64,000 bases of DNA from an uncultured Desulfosarcina sp. (GCA_963674945.2 CAXXWQ010000004.1:320001-384000); one strand, 5' to 3'; counted from the stretch's first letter, positions 39,449 to 49,698 are shown. Numbers and translations are program-made. The notes: generated by a model not told the origin, from the sequence alone.

Positions 39449-40327
39449 TTACAGGGATTTCAATTTTTCCGTTGCAATCTTGGCTTCATTCGTACCAGGA
39501 TGCTTCGCAATCAGCTCTTTGAGAAGCAGTCGCGCGTTGCTGATTTCGCCGATTTGAATAAAGGACAGGCCCTGTTTAAGCAGCGCGGCAGGAATTTTAT
39601 TTCCCGACGGATAGTTTTCGATCACTTTCTGATATTCGAGGATGGCTTTCTCATACCATTTTTCGCGATAGTAGGTTTCACCAATCCAGAATTGCGCGTT
39701 ATCCGCCTGTGACGATTTCGGATACGTTGCGATCAGTTTTTCGAAACCGTTCCGGGCACCTTCATAATCCCCACTGTCGAATTTCTTTCTCGAAGATTGA
39801 TATAATTCTTCGCCCGAAGCGGATTTGTTCGTAGCAACGACGGCCGTACGCTGGGGGGTATGTTTTGACTGGGCTTGAGAATCCTCGGGATTGGGATACC
39901 GGTCGACACCTGTAACGCGTTTTTCGAGAGAACCCATGCCGGTTGTGATCCGGTCCAATCGCTCCTGGTTTTGGCGTTGCCGTTCCTCATATCCCGCTAT
40001 CTTTTGATTGAGAAGGTACTCCAACTCTTCGAGACGCCCGGTTTGCAGCTGTAAGGCTTCTCGAAGACTATCGATTTGGGCGGCCAGTCCGGCGTATTGG
40101 CCACGTAGCTCGAATTCATCTTCCTGACGGGTCTTGTTTAGCCCTTCTACCTTGCTGGAAATATTCTCCTTTGCCTCGAGCAGTTCACGATTTCGCTTTT
40201 CCAGCTCCGCATTTCTCCGCTCAAGGGCGGAAAGGCGGTGGTCCAATGTGTAGATATCGTCCTGAATGGCGCATCCAGAAAGAATCACCATCATTAAAAT
40301 AACACACCATACGGCCCTTTTTTTCAT
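39449..40327 (-). CDS. cpoB: Tol-Pal protein CpoB/YbgF (lipoprotein-like signal)
   Basis: LSGC lipobox, coiled coil, TPR ADNAQFWIGE; follows pal. Confidence 0.93.
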   Translation of the reverse strand: MKKRAVWCVILMMVILSGCAIQDDIYTLDHRLSALERRNAELEKRNRELLEAKENISSKVEGLNKTRQEDEFELRGQYAGLAAQIDSLREALQLQTGRLEELEYLLNQKIAGYEERQRQNQERLDRITTGMGSLEKRVTGVDRYPNPEDSQAQSKHTPQRTAVVATNKSASGEELYQSSRKKFDSGDYEGARNGFEKLIATYPKSSQADNAQFWIGETYYREKWYEKAILEYQKVIENYPSGNKIPAALLKQGLSFIQIGEISNARLLLKELIAKHPGTNEAKIATEKLKSL

Positions 40328-40358
40328 CGTTACCATCCCGATCCAAATACCCATTACA

Positions 40359-40395
40359 GAATATGCAGCAATCACCAATGGATTGCTGCATATTC
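40359..40395 (-). terminator. Perfect 15 bp hairpin between pal and cpoB
   Basis: GAATATGCAGCAATC-7 nt-GATTGCTGCATATTC; no clear U tract. Confidence 0.6.
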
Positions 40396-40426
40396 GTTTA
40401 GATAGATGAATGATTGATAGGCAGAC

Positions 40427-41020
40427 TTATTCCAGGACGAATGCAGCCCTTCTATTTTTGGCCCACGCTTCTTCGTCGTGACCCATGTCTATTGGTTTTT
40501 CCTCACCGTAGCTGATCGTCGTCAGACGCATATCGGAAATTCCCAGGTTGACCAGAAATGCCTTGACACTCTCCGCACGACGCTCACCCAGGGCCAGGTT
40601 GTATGCGTTGGTGCCTCTTTCGTCGCAATGCCCCTCAATGGTCACAGTTGCATCCGGATTGTCCTGCAGCCACATCGCCTTTTGTTTCAATAACTCCTGC
40701 GCTTGCTCACTCAAGTTGGCATCGTCGAAATCAAAATAGATATTTTCGTTTAAGAAACGATTCACTGCCATCATTTTTTCCCGCTCTGCTGCCTCTGCTT
40801 CAATTTGTGCGGCCCTTTCGGCGGCAAGGCGTTCCTCTTCCAGCTGGCGTTGACGCTCCAACTCTCTTTGTTTTTCCAGTTCCGCCTGGCGGGCAGCCTC
40901 CTCCGCGGCCAACTCCTCGGCCGTCGGGCCGGTTTGAACTTGTTTCTTGGCGCAGGAAACGGAAAACATCATAGCAGGAACGATCAACAATAATGCGATA
41001 ACAACCCATTTTTTCATCAT
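40427..41020 (-). CDS. pal: Peptidoglycan-associated lipoprotein
   Basis: SVSC lipobox, [29 protein letters not shown]. Confidence 0.97.
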   Translation of the reverse strand: MMKKWVVIALLLIVPAMMFSVSCAKKQVQTGPTAEELAAEEAARQAELEKQRELERQRQLEEERLAAERAAQIEAEAAEREKMMAVNRFLNENIYFDFDDANLSEQAQELLKQKAMWLQDNPDATVTIEGHCDERGTNAYNLALGERRAESVKAFLVNLGISDMRLTTISYGEEKPIDMGHDEEAWAKNRRAAFVLE

Positions 41021-41059
41021 CTTCTCTTCCTCCTCATTTTTTTTTCGAGTATATAAAAC

Positions 41060-42382
41060 TCATGGATTTAAAATATTCGGGGACCATTTCGGGTTGGTTT
41101 GCTCACCGGGCAGGGAAAGCAGCCGCCTTTGGTCGGTACCGAATGCGGTCATTACGTATATCCTGCTTTTTCCCTCCCGCGTCGAACTGAACGCAATGAG
41201 GCTGCCATCGGGGGACCATGAGGGGGCCTCGTTATTTCCCTGATCCTGAGTGAGCTGAACCGGCTCACCGCCATCGGAATCAATGGTAAAAATGTTTATG
41301 ACGCCATCTTTCATGGCAGAATAGGCGATTCTATCTCCCTTGGGAGACCAGCTGGGTTGCGTGTTGTAGCGACCTTCAAACGTCAGCCGTTGAACCCGTC
41401 CGGAATTTTTATCGTAAATGTATAACTGTGGATTGCCTGAACGTTTGGAGACGAACGCCATGCGTTTCCCATCCGGAGCCCATGTCGGTTCGACGTCTAT
41501 TCCCAGACTATTTGTCAATCTTTTAATAATTTTCCCATTTCCGGTCAACAGATAAATTTCCTGATCTCCGGAAAAGGAGAGGCAGGCGGCCAACTCAAAC
41601 CGGCCGGGAACCCATGCCGGGACCACCTGCAGTCCTGGCTTATCGATACCTGTATATCGGCCATCTTGAACATTTTGAATCCGAATTTTCGGATAGTCGC
41701 TGGCATAGGTTGTATAAGCGATCCATTTACCATCGGAAGACCAGTCCGGAAAAAGGGAAATACTGTCGTGATGCGTGTACCGACGCGCATTGGAGCCGTC
41801 GAAATCACAGATATAAATCTCTTTGGTTCCACTGCCATTGGAAACGAAGGCAATTTTTGAATCGAAAAAACCGCGATTTCCGGTGACGGCAAACACCACC
41901 TCACCGCAAAACCGGCGAATCACCTGCCGATAATTTTCAGGATCGCTCCGATATCGTTTGCCCACCAGCATCTTCTCTTTGATCGTGTCGAAAAGGCGAA
42001 GCTCAAACTCCGCAGTGCCATTTTGAATCTCCATACGGCCGGTGATCAGCAATTCCGCACCGATGGCCGTCCAGTTCCGGTATCGAATGCCACCACCGGA
42101 AATGGCCATTTGTTGCGGGTCTTCGAGAAAAGCCCCGGGATCACTGAGAGTAAAATAGCCGGTGAAATCCAGAAATTCGCATAAAAGCGACGACGACGTC
42201 TTCGCCGTTGCCATAGTCACCGGATCATCCGTGGAAGCCTGGAATACCGGCACGGCAATGGGCGTTTTGCGAAGAAATGGATTCGAGATATCGATGTACG
42301 AATAGGGCGCGGCATACGCCATATCGACAAACAGTAAACCAAGAAAGAGCAAGACAACCATCTTCAATCTGAACGAAACCAT
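41060..42382 (-). CDS. tolB: Tol-Pal beta-propeller protein
   Basis: TolB N-domain, PD40 repeats (PxWSPDG). Confidence 0.96.
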   Translation of the reverse strand: MVSFRLKMVVLLFLGLLFVDMAYAAPYSYIDISNPFLRKTPIAVPVFQASTDDPVTMATAKTSSSLLCEFLDFTGYFTLSDPGAFLEDPQQMAISGGGIRYRNWTAIGAELLITGRMEIQNGTAEFELRLFDTIKEKMLVGKRYRSDPENYRQVIRRFCGEVVFAVTGNRGFFDSKIAFVSNGSGTKEIYICDFDGSNARRYTHHDSISLFPDWSSDGKWIAYTTYASDYPKIRIQNVQDGRYTGIDKPGLQVVPAWVPGRFELAACLSFSGDQEIYLLTGNGKIIKRLTNSLGIDVEPTWAPDGKRMAFVSKRSGNPQLYIYDKNSGRVQRLTFEGRYNTQPSWSPKGDRIAYSAMKDGVINIFTIDSDGGEPVQLTQDQGNNEAPSWSPDGSLIAFSSTREGKSRIYVMTAFGTDQRRLLSLPGEQTNPKWSPNILNP

Positions 42383-42417
42383 GTAATGCAGATATCCTTC
42401 GTTTGTAAGTGTCTATG

Positions 42418-42567
42418 CAGAAATAGGAAAATTTGGTCGAGATCAAGGCGCGCGAAAAATTTTACCGGAGGTGCCCCGAAGGAAATGCCCTTGGGGTGCA
42501 TTTGGTTGATATTCCGAGGATAAAATTTTTCGTGCAACGCCGATATCGGGCAAATTGGCCATTTCTG
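42418..42567. repeat. ERIC-like hairpin repeat, copy C
   Basis: CAGAAAT..AATTTGGTCGAGATC-AAGGC...AACGCC-GATATCGGGCAAATT..ATTTCTG. Confidence 0.8.
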
Positions 42568-42579
42568 GCTGGGCACTGG

Positions 42580-43479
42580 TTAGCGGATGCCCTGCGGGGT
42601 GAATCTAACCCCCATTTCCACATAGGGCAGTTTCAACCCACTCGGATGCGGGTCTACCGGATTTGACTTCATGATGGCATTATAGGCCGAGTCGTCCAGA
42701 TACCGATTACCGGAACGGTCGGTGAAAAAAACATCCCGTATTTCCCCATCGGGCATGACCTTGAATACGATCGCCGCCACAAGGCTCCGGTCGTTTCCGG
42801 CCAGTTGTTCGTTAAAAGCCCAGTGCTTCTGAATCTGAAATGCGATTTCGAGACGGTACAGATCGATCCGTTCAGCCACCTTTTTTCCGCTTTCGGAAAA
42901 CTGCCCCGACAGTTTCCCCGATGTCTCGGCCGAATCGTCCGTTGTGTTTCCGGATGCACGGGAACGGTCGGATTCTGACTCACGCACCTCTTTCTTCAGT
43001 CGTTCCAATGCGGATTTCAAAGATTCCGGCGTATCGGGGGAGTCCGTTTCCTTGGTTTCGGCCCTGTTTTTTTCTTTCAGTTGCTGTAATGCGTGTTTGA
43101 TCACCTGGTCAGACTTGAAGGTCTTTTTTTTCAGCGATGTTTTGGGTTTCGGTGCAGCGGGTTTCGCGACTTGCACTTCCTTCTTTGGCGCCGGCGGCAC
43201 CGCCTCTTTTGTTTTGGGTACCGTTGGTGCTTTATCTTCGACGGAGGCGGTCGTTTCCGTTTCGGCGGCAGGGGCCGGAGCCTTCAAGGAGACCATGCGG
43301 ACATGGATGGCCGAACGCATCGGTTGCGTTTCGGTCTTCAATCCGGGGGCAACCACGATCAGTACGAAAAATATCAGGTGCCCGACGAAAGAGAATAACA
43401 GGGGATAAAGGAGAGGATGCCGCTCCTTACCGCCCTGGCCTGGTGTAAAAGTGGCCGAACCACGGGTATTCTTTTTCAT
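42580..43479 (-). CDS. tolA: TolA
   Basis: TM with SxxxH, Lys/Pro/Ala linker, TonB_2 C-domain SGNRYLD. Confidence 0.9.
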   Translation of the reverse strand: MKKNTRGSATFTPGQGGKERHPLLYPLLFSFVGHLIFFVLIVVAPGLKTETQPMRSAIHVRMVSLKAPAPAAETETTASVEDKAPTVPKTKEAVPPAPKKEVQVAKPAAPKPKTSLKKKTFKSDQVIKHALQQLKEKNRAETKETDSPDTPESLKSALERLKKEVRESESDRSRASGNTTDDSAETSGKLSGQFSESGKKVAERIDLYRLEIAFQIQKHWAFNEQLAGNDRSLVAAIVFKVMPDGEIRDVFFTDRSGNRYLDDSAYNAIMKSNPVDPHPSGLKLPYVEMGVRFTPQGIR

Positions 43480-43916
43480 CAGCCCTTTTTACCGGAGGCG
43501 GTTCCGGCGTCATCGTCGAAAGGATCGGTTACCATGCCAAGCTTTTCGATCCCGGCAGCCTTTATCTCGGCCATTACAGCGACGACCAGACCATAGGCGA
43601 CATCCTTATCGGCCCGAAAAAAGACCTCGCGATCCGTATTCCCCGCCAGTATCTTTTCCAGCTTCTCCTTTAGATAATCCATCCGTACCTGAAAATCGTT
43701 GATGAAGATGTTGCCATCTTTATCGATGGTCACGGTCAGGTTTTCCTTTTCAGTGGTCATGGCCTTTGCGCTCACCTGGGGAAGATCGACATCCACCCCT
43801 TGCACCATCATGGGTGCGGTCACCATGAAAATGATGAGAAGGACCAGCATGACATCAACAAAGGGCGTCACATTGATATCCGACATGAGCCGGTCACTGT
43901 CACTGCCTATCGCCAT
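43479..43916 (-). CDS. tolR: TolR
   Basis: INVTPFVDVMLVLLIIFMVTAP. Confidence 0.97.
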   Translation of the reverse strand: MAIGSDSDRLMSDINVTPFVDVMLVLLIIFMVTAPMMVQGVDVDLPQVSAKAMTTEKENLTVTIDKDGNIFINDFQVRMDYLKEKLEKILAGNTDREVFFRADKDVAYGLVVAVMAEIKAAGIEKLGMVTDPFDDDAGTASGKKG

Positions 43917-43957
43917 GTCACCTCCTTTTTTCTGTATGACTGTATGAAATCATTTCG

Positions 43958-44671
43958 TCAATGAAGGATATCACGATCGAGAATATTGAGGAAATCGGCG
44001 GAAAAACTGTGTAATTCAGCCTCGATAACGCGGATTTTTTGCATGAAATGATTAAATGCGATCACGGCGGGTATGGCAACGGCAAGACCGGCGGCTGTTG
44101 CCACCAGCGCTTCGGATATCCCCGGCGCCACGACCGCGAGACTGGCAGACCCCCGCTCTCCGATGCCATGAAAGGAGTTCATGATGCCCCATACCGTTCC
44201 GAACAATCCGATGAAGGGGGTGGTGTTGCCCGTGGTCGCCAGAAACGGAACCATCTGGGTGATGCGTGTCATCTCGGTATTGATGGCGCGCCGCAAGGCT
44301 CTTTTAACATTATCAAAACCCGAAAAGTTCTGACGCAAAGGTGGTGCGTCTTTATTGCTGGTGGCATCATCAGCAGGTTTTCCGCTGGGATTGAGTTTCC
44401 GCAATTCGGCGTAGCCGATTCGGAACACACGCGCCACCGGACTTCCGCCAAGTTGCTTGGCTTTGGTAAAGGCACCGGCCAGGTCCCGGCTTTTCCAAAA
44501 ATACTCGATAAACACCTCCGACTCTTGGAAGGCCTTTCGTATGTATCTTATTTTGATAAAAATAATCGCCCAGGACATGACGGAAAAAAACAGGAGCAAA
44601 AGGAGGACGAATTTGACCATCAAACTGGCATTGCTGATAATTTGAATATAATCCATCTGGGTGGGCACCAT
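43958..44671 (-). CDS. tolQ: TolQ
   Basis: PFIGLFGTVWGIM, VAPGISEALVATA. Confidence 0.97.
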   Translation of the reverse strand: MVPTQMDYIQIISNASLMVKFVLLLLLFFSVMSWAIIFIKIRYIRKAFQESEVFIEYFWKSRDLAGAFTKAKQLGGSPVARVFRIGYAELRKLNPSGKPADDATSNKDAPPLRQNFSGFDNVKRALRRAINTEMTRITQMVPFLATTGNTTPFIGLFGTVWGIMNSFHGIGERGSASLAVVAPGISEALVATAAGLAVAIPAVIAFNHFMQKIRVIEAELHSFSADFLNILDRDILH

Positions 44672-44860
44672 TTACATTCTCTCCCAAAAATTCGAAAAGC
44701 TGTTTGCCGGGGGTCTTGTAGACGAAAATGAATCGCAAACCCTTGAAAAAGTTTTTATATATCTATACAAGCCTCATGTTGGTGTCAAGCAGTTTGACAT
44801 AAGGCGACAAAGCATATGGAACGTGCCAAAATCACCAAACAAGCCCATAAAGGAGAGACG

Positions 44861-45424
44861 ATGCAGCGCGTTACCGAATTTTTATTTGAAGCATTGATGG
44901 TAAAACAAATTCATCGTACCGGTTATCAGTTCCTCGGTACGGGGAAAGAGTCCGTTGCCGAACATACCTTTGCCGTGATGTGCATCGCCTGGACAATGGC
45001 GCAACTGATACCCGAGGCGGACGGTTACCGATTGCTATCCATGTGTCTGGTTCACGACCTGCCGGAAGCCAGAATGGGAGACCTGAACCATGTACAAAAA
45101 CAATATGTAACCCCGGACGAAGATTTGGCGGTAGATCATATGATCCGAAGCCTGCCCTTTGACACGACCGTAAAAGACCTTATCCAGGAATTCAATGCAG
45201 GTGAGACGCTGGAGGCAAAATTGGCCAGAGACGCAGATCAGCTGGCCTTTTTGTTTGATCTCAAATCGTTATCGGATTTGGGGTATACGCAACCCGAAAA
45301 ATGGTCCACACACGTCACCAAACGCATTGTGACTGACCTCGGTGTCAAAATCGCAAAACAGGTCGGCAGGATGGAAACAGATTGTTGGTGGTATAAGGGA
45401 TTTGATGACCACCAGGCAACCTGA
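44861..45424 (+). CDS. HD-domain phosphohydrolase (YfbR/HDDC2-like)
   Basis: RTGY, ESVAEH, VHDLPEAR.GD, DADQL. Confidence 0.9.
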   Translation: MQRVTEFLFEALMVKQIHRTGYQFLGTGKESVAEHTFAVMCIAWTMAQLIPEADGYRLLSMCLVHDLPEARMGDLNHVQKQYVTPDEDLAVDHMIRSLPFDTTVKDLIQEFNAGETLEAKLARDADQLAFLFDLKSLSDLGYTQPEKWSTHVTKRIVTDLGVKIAKQVGRMETDCWWYKGFDDHQAT

Positions 45425-45652
45425 CCGTCAATGGTGTGAAGGACAGGTATTCGAGTAACACCGTCACATTTTCACAATTTGCAACCGCCATCGATATTGG
45501 CAACCCGCAGGAACTCGTTTTTCAACCAGCGCCCACCTCGCGTATACAAAAGGTGGATGTTTCGCCAACCCCCTTTTTTCCATGCGTCACTTCAAAGCGG
45601 CGGCACCCTCTCCATCGAGACCCTCGGGAGACATATCAAGACCAAAAACAAT

Positions 45653-45680
45653 TAAAGTTTTTTTTTAATCAAGCGGATAA
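45653..45680 (+). promoter_or_regulatory. Putative sigma28 (FliA) promoter of the che operon
   Basis: TAAAGTTT...GCGGATAA (TAAA-N16; consensus GCCGATAA). Confidence 0.55.
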
Positions 45681-45874
45681 TGGTCTCAAGAAACAACGCA
45701 GTGGTAGGAAGAATCCGGTAAAACCTGATTTTGAATCAATTTCAGTGGGTTCAACAGCTATTTAGTGTAGCATCACACATTGTGGACCGAGTCGACTGTG
45801 TCGCTTGACATTGGCGATGCATTAACTACCCATCGAATGATTCGTCATTACTCATTCGGTAAAAGGAGCACGAC

Positions 45875-48800
45875 ATGACCATTCAGGACGACGAAACATT
45901 ACAGATGTATCTGGAGGAATCGATCGAACATCTGGCGGACATTGAAACCGATCTTCTGGGCATCGAGGAGGCTGGCGCCGATATCGACGAGGACCTTGTC
46001 AATAAGGTCTATCGTGCGGCGCATTCCATCAAGGGTGGTGCCGGATTCATGGGGTTGACCACGATCAAAGATCTGACCCATGAAATGGAAAACATCCTTG
46101 GAAAGATACGAAGCCGCGATATGGTTCCCACGCCGGAAATCGTCAATGTCCTGCTCATGGCCGCCGACACCCTGAAGGAATTGATGAACGATGTGTTCAC
46201 CAGCAATGATGTGGATATCTCCCGGCACATCGAAGCGCTCCAGGCCATCGCCGAGGGTAAAACGCCTTCCGTGGCTCCCCAAAAACCGTCTGATTCCAAT
46301 CCCACGACAGCGTCCGATGCTGTCGACGAGGAGGATCCGGTTGAAAGAAGCGAATCGAAAATCGACGAAAAGCTTCAGCGCTTTTCTGCAGAAGGCACCA
46401 AGACGTCCATAGAGGCGGATCCAGACCTGGTAAAAAGCCTGATCGATGAGGGAAAATTTGTCTACCTGGTCCACATGAACCTTATGGCCGATGTGGTGGA
46501 GAAGGGAAAGTCACCCGATACCGTCATGGAAGAGATGACGCAGACCGGGTTCATTATCGCCTGTAATCCCCCTGTCGATGCCGTTCGTACCATGGACATG
46601 GAAAAGGAAACGGCGCCGACACCGCTGGTGGTATTGTTCGCAACGATCTTGAAACCGGAAGACATCAATGTTCTTTTCGAAATCGCCGAACACCAGATTC
46701 ATCAGATCCTGCCGGATATGAAGACCCAGTGTCTGGGCGGCAAATCCAATGAAACCGACAGGGTTTCACTACCCGAAGAATCGGAACCCAAGCCGCAGGC
46801 AGAATCGAACCCTTCCGTCGAACCGGAATCGGCGGCAGTCGAACCGGAATCGGCGGCAGTCGAACCGGAACCGGTTGCAACCGAAGCACTCGCCGATTCC
46901 ACCCAACCCGCGCAAAAGAAATCTTCGACCAAAAGGACGGAAACCGAAACCAGTTTACGTGTCCATGTGAGTCTTTTGGACCAGTTGATGACCCTGGCGG
47001 GGGAGTTGGTGCTCAGTCGGAACCAACTGCTTCAATCCATAGGCACCGAAGATCAACGCGGTGCCGAAATCGCAGGTCAGCGCATCGATCTGATCACTTC
47101 CGAACTTCAAGAGGCGATCATGCTGACCCGTATGCAATCCATCGGCAACGTGTTCAACAAGTTCCCGCGGGTGGTGCGGGATCTTTCCCGTGCGCTTGGA
47201 AAAAAAGTCGAACTCACCCTCGAGGGGAAAGATGTCGAACTGGATAAGACGATTATCGAGGCCATCGGAGACCCCCTGACCCACCTGGTTCGCAATGCAG
47301 TGGACCACGGCATTGAACTGCCGGACATTCGAAAACGGGCCGGTAAGAATCCGATAGGTCAAATTTACCTCAAAGCCTACCACAAAGCCGGTCAGGTCAA
47401 CATCGAAATCACCGATGACGGCAAGGGGTTAAACGGCCATGCATTGACCCAGAAGGCCCTGGAGAAAGGATTGATTTCCGAAGATCAAGCCAAAGTCATG
47501 TCCGACAAGGAACGGATCAATCTGATCTTTTTGCCCGGCTTCTCCACGGCAGAAAAAATCACCGACGTCTCCGGCCGTGGTGTGGGCATGGACGTGGTCA
47601 AAACAAATCTGGACAAACTCGGCGGGATCATCGACATCGACTCGGAGATGGGAAAAGGATCTACGATTCGAATCAAGCTCCCCCTTACCCTCGCCATCAT
47701 TCCATGCCAGGTGGTCATGACCGGTGACGAGCGGTATGCCATTCCCCAGGTAAATCTGGAAGAACTGTTGCGTATACCGGCGAGCAAAGTCAAGGAACGA
47801 ATCGAAAGAGTCGGGGATGCGGAGGTGGTTCGCCTTCGGGGAAATCTTCTTCCATTGATCAAATTGGCCGATGTGATCGGTATCGGATCCCACTACACGG
47901 ATCCGAAGACGGGCAAAAAGCTTGATGACCGTAGAAAGAACGTGGCGGATCGGAGGTGCAAAAAAAGCCCTCTCTCCCCGGACGATGAGGTGTCCCTGAC
48001 TTCAAAAGAGCATGAAGATGGAAACTTTGCACCCGATGAGCGGAAATCCGATGATCGCCGATATCATTCCAACAGCGCACTGAATATCGTGGTCGTTTCC
48101 ACCGGGGCCATGAAATACGGCCTGGTCGTAGACGAACTGCACGACTCGGAGGAGATCGTCGTCAAACCGCTGGGAAAGGATTTGAAAAGTTGCAAGGGAT
48201 ACGCCGGCGCCACCATCATGGGAGACGGCCGCGTCGCCCTGATACTGGATGTGGGCAACCTTGCCCAAATCGCCGGATTGACGTCCGTGGAGGGATCCAA
48301 GCGGGCAGAGCAGGTATCCGAAGAGAACCTTCAGGCGATGCGCAACCAAAAAGACCGACAATCACTTCTGGTTTTCCGCAGTGCCGAGAAGGAACAGTTC
48401 GCAGCGCCATTGAGCATCGTGGAACGCATCGAAAAAATCAAGGCCACCGATATTGAAACCGTGGGCGGCAAGCGCGTGATCCGCTACCGTGGCGGCAGCC
48501 TCCCCTTGTTCTCCATCGACGAGGTGGCCAACGTAGGACCGCTGGCCGATTTGGAAGACCTTCTGGTCATTGTCTTCATCATCGCCGGCCGGGAAGCGGG
48601 TCTTTTGGCCATCGGTCCGGTCGATGCCATAGAACTATCCCTGGATGTCGACGGCCAGACGCTGACGCAGCCCGGCATCATGGGATCGGCCATTATCAAC
48701 GATCACACCACATTGATGGTTGACATCTATGAAATCGTTCAAACCTTGAACCCACAGTGGTTTGAGGATACCGAAACCGTGACCAACGAAGACGGCGAAG

Positions 48801-49174
48801 CGGTAAAAATCCTGTTTGCCGAAGACTCCAATTTTTTCCGCAGCCAGGTGAAGAGCTATATGGAAGATGAAGGGTATACGGTAATCGAGGCCGAAGACGG
48901 TGTGATTGCATGGGATCTTTTGCAAGAACATGGCGACGAGATCTCTCTCGTCGTGACCGACATCGAGATGCCCAATATGGACGGATTTGAACTGACCCAA
49001 CGTATCAAGGCGGACAACGCCTTTTCCCATCTTCCCGTCATTGCATTGACGACGCTGGCCGGAGAAGAGGACATCGAGAAGGGTCGTCAGGTGGGCATCT
49101 GCGACTACCAGATTAAACTGGATCGTGAAAAACTGGTTCGCAGCATTTATGGATATCTGTCAGGCAATAGATAA
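45875..49174 (+). CDS. cheA: Chemotaxis kinase CheA hybrid (Hpt, dimerisation, HATPase, two CheW, REC)
   Basis: RAAHSIKG, HLVRNAVDHGIE, SGRGVGMDVV, LPLTL, C-terminal TDIEMP. Confidence 0.96.
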   Translation: MTIQDDETLQMYLEESIEHLADIETDLLGIEEAGADIDEDLVNKVYRAAHSIKGGAGFMGLTTIKDLTHEMENILGKIRSRDMVPTPEIVNVLLMAADTLKELMNDVFTSNDVDISRHIEALQAIAEGKTPSVAPQKPSDSNPTTASDAVDEEDPVERSESKIDEKLQRFSAEGTKTSIEADPDLVKSLIDEGKFVYLVHMNLMADVVEKGKSPDTVMEEMTQTGFIIACNPPVDAVRTMDMEKETAPTPLVVLFATILKPEDINVLFEIAEHQIHQILPDMKTQCLGGKSNETDRVSLPEESEPKPQAESNPSVEPESAAVEPESAAVEPEPVATEALADSTQPAQKKSSTKRTETETSLRVHVSLLDQLMTLAGELVLSRNQLLQSIGTEDQRGAEIAGQRIDLITSELQEAIMLTRMQSIGNVFNKFPRVVRDLSRALGKKVELTLEGKDVELDKTIIEAIGDPLTHLVRNAVDHGIELPDIRKRAGKNPIGQIYLKAYHKAGQVNIEITDDGKGLNGHALTQKALEKGLISEDQAKVMSDKERINLIFLPGFSTAEKITDVSGRGVGMDVVKTNLDKLGGIIDIDSEMGKGSTIRIKLPLTLAIIPCQVVMTGDERYAIPQVNLEELLRIPASKVKERIERVGDAEVVRLRGNLLPLIKLADVIGIGSHYTDPKTGKKLDDRRKNVADRRCKKSPLSPDDEVSLTSKEHEDGNFAPDERKSDDRRYHSNSALNIVVVSTGAMKYGLVVDELHDSEEIVVKPLGKDLKSCKGYAGATIMGDGRVALILDVGNLAQIAGLTSVEGSKRAEQVSEENLQAMRNQKDRQSLLVFRSAEKEQFAAPLSIVERIEKIKATDIETVGGKRVIRYRGGSLPLFSIDEVANVGPLADLEDLLVIVFIIAGREAGLLAIGPVDAIELSLDVDGQTLTQPGIMGSAIINDHTTLMVDIYEIVQTLNPQWFEDTETVTNEDGEAVKILFAEDSNFFRSQVKSYMEDEGYTVIEAEDGVIAWDLLQEHGDEISLVVTDIEMPNMDGFELTQRIKADNAFSHLPVIALTTLAGEEDIEKGRQVGICDYQIKLDREKLVRSIYGYLSGNR
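46817..46879 (+). repeat. 21 bp in-frame tandem repeat (3 units) in the CheA linker
   Basis: GTCGAACCGGAATCGGCGGCA x2 plus one degenerate unit (VEPESAA). Confidence 0.9.
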
Positions 49175-49188
49175 AAAAGGAAAGACAA

Positions 49189-49623
49189 ATGGCAAGCCAA
49201 ACTGTTGAAATGGCAACCTTTTATGTGGGAGAAGCCCTTTGCGGCATGGACATTCTCAATATTCAGGAGATCAACAAGCTCATGGAGATGACAACGGTTC
49301 CCCAGGCGCCGGACTATGTGATGGGGATTTTGAATCTGCGTGGGCAAATCGTTACCATCATCGACCTGGGCAAAAAGCTTGACCTGGGAGAGACCAAGAT
49401 GAGCGATACGACGCGAAATATCATCGTCAATGCCAAGGATGAATACGTCGGCCTGCTCGTAAACCGAATCAGTGATGTGGTAGAAGCGGAATGGGACAAG
49501 GTGGAACCGCCCCCGGCAAACATCGGCGGCATTCAAGGCGCTTATTTCAAGGGCATCTTCAAAACAAAGGATCGGTTAATCGGAATCCTGAATGTCGAAA
49601 AAGTACTGGAAAACGGGATATAG
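49189..49623 (+). CDS. cheW: CheW
   Basis: TVPQAPDYVMGILNLRGQIVTIIDL. Confidence 0.96.
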   Translation: MASQTVEMATFYVGEALCGMDILNIQEINKLMEMTTVPQAPDYVMGILNLRGQIVTIIDLGKKLDLGETKMSDTTRNIIVNAKDEYVGLLVNRISDVVEAEWDKVEPPPANIGGIQGAYFKGIFKTKDRLIGILNVEKVLENGI

Positions 49624-49698
49624 TTGCCCCACACGTTTCAATCAACGCAATTATCAATCTCGGATGTTTGCGCCACCTTCGGTAAGGAGCACAGGTAG

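Noticed and set aside
45436..45765. 109 aa ORF upstream of cheA
   Set aside because: No protein-like features; it overlaps the putative sigma28 promoter.
45690..45870. c-di-GMP-I/II riboswitch before cheA
   Set aside because: Consensus GEMM elements were not found; kept only as a possible unknown leader.
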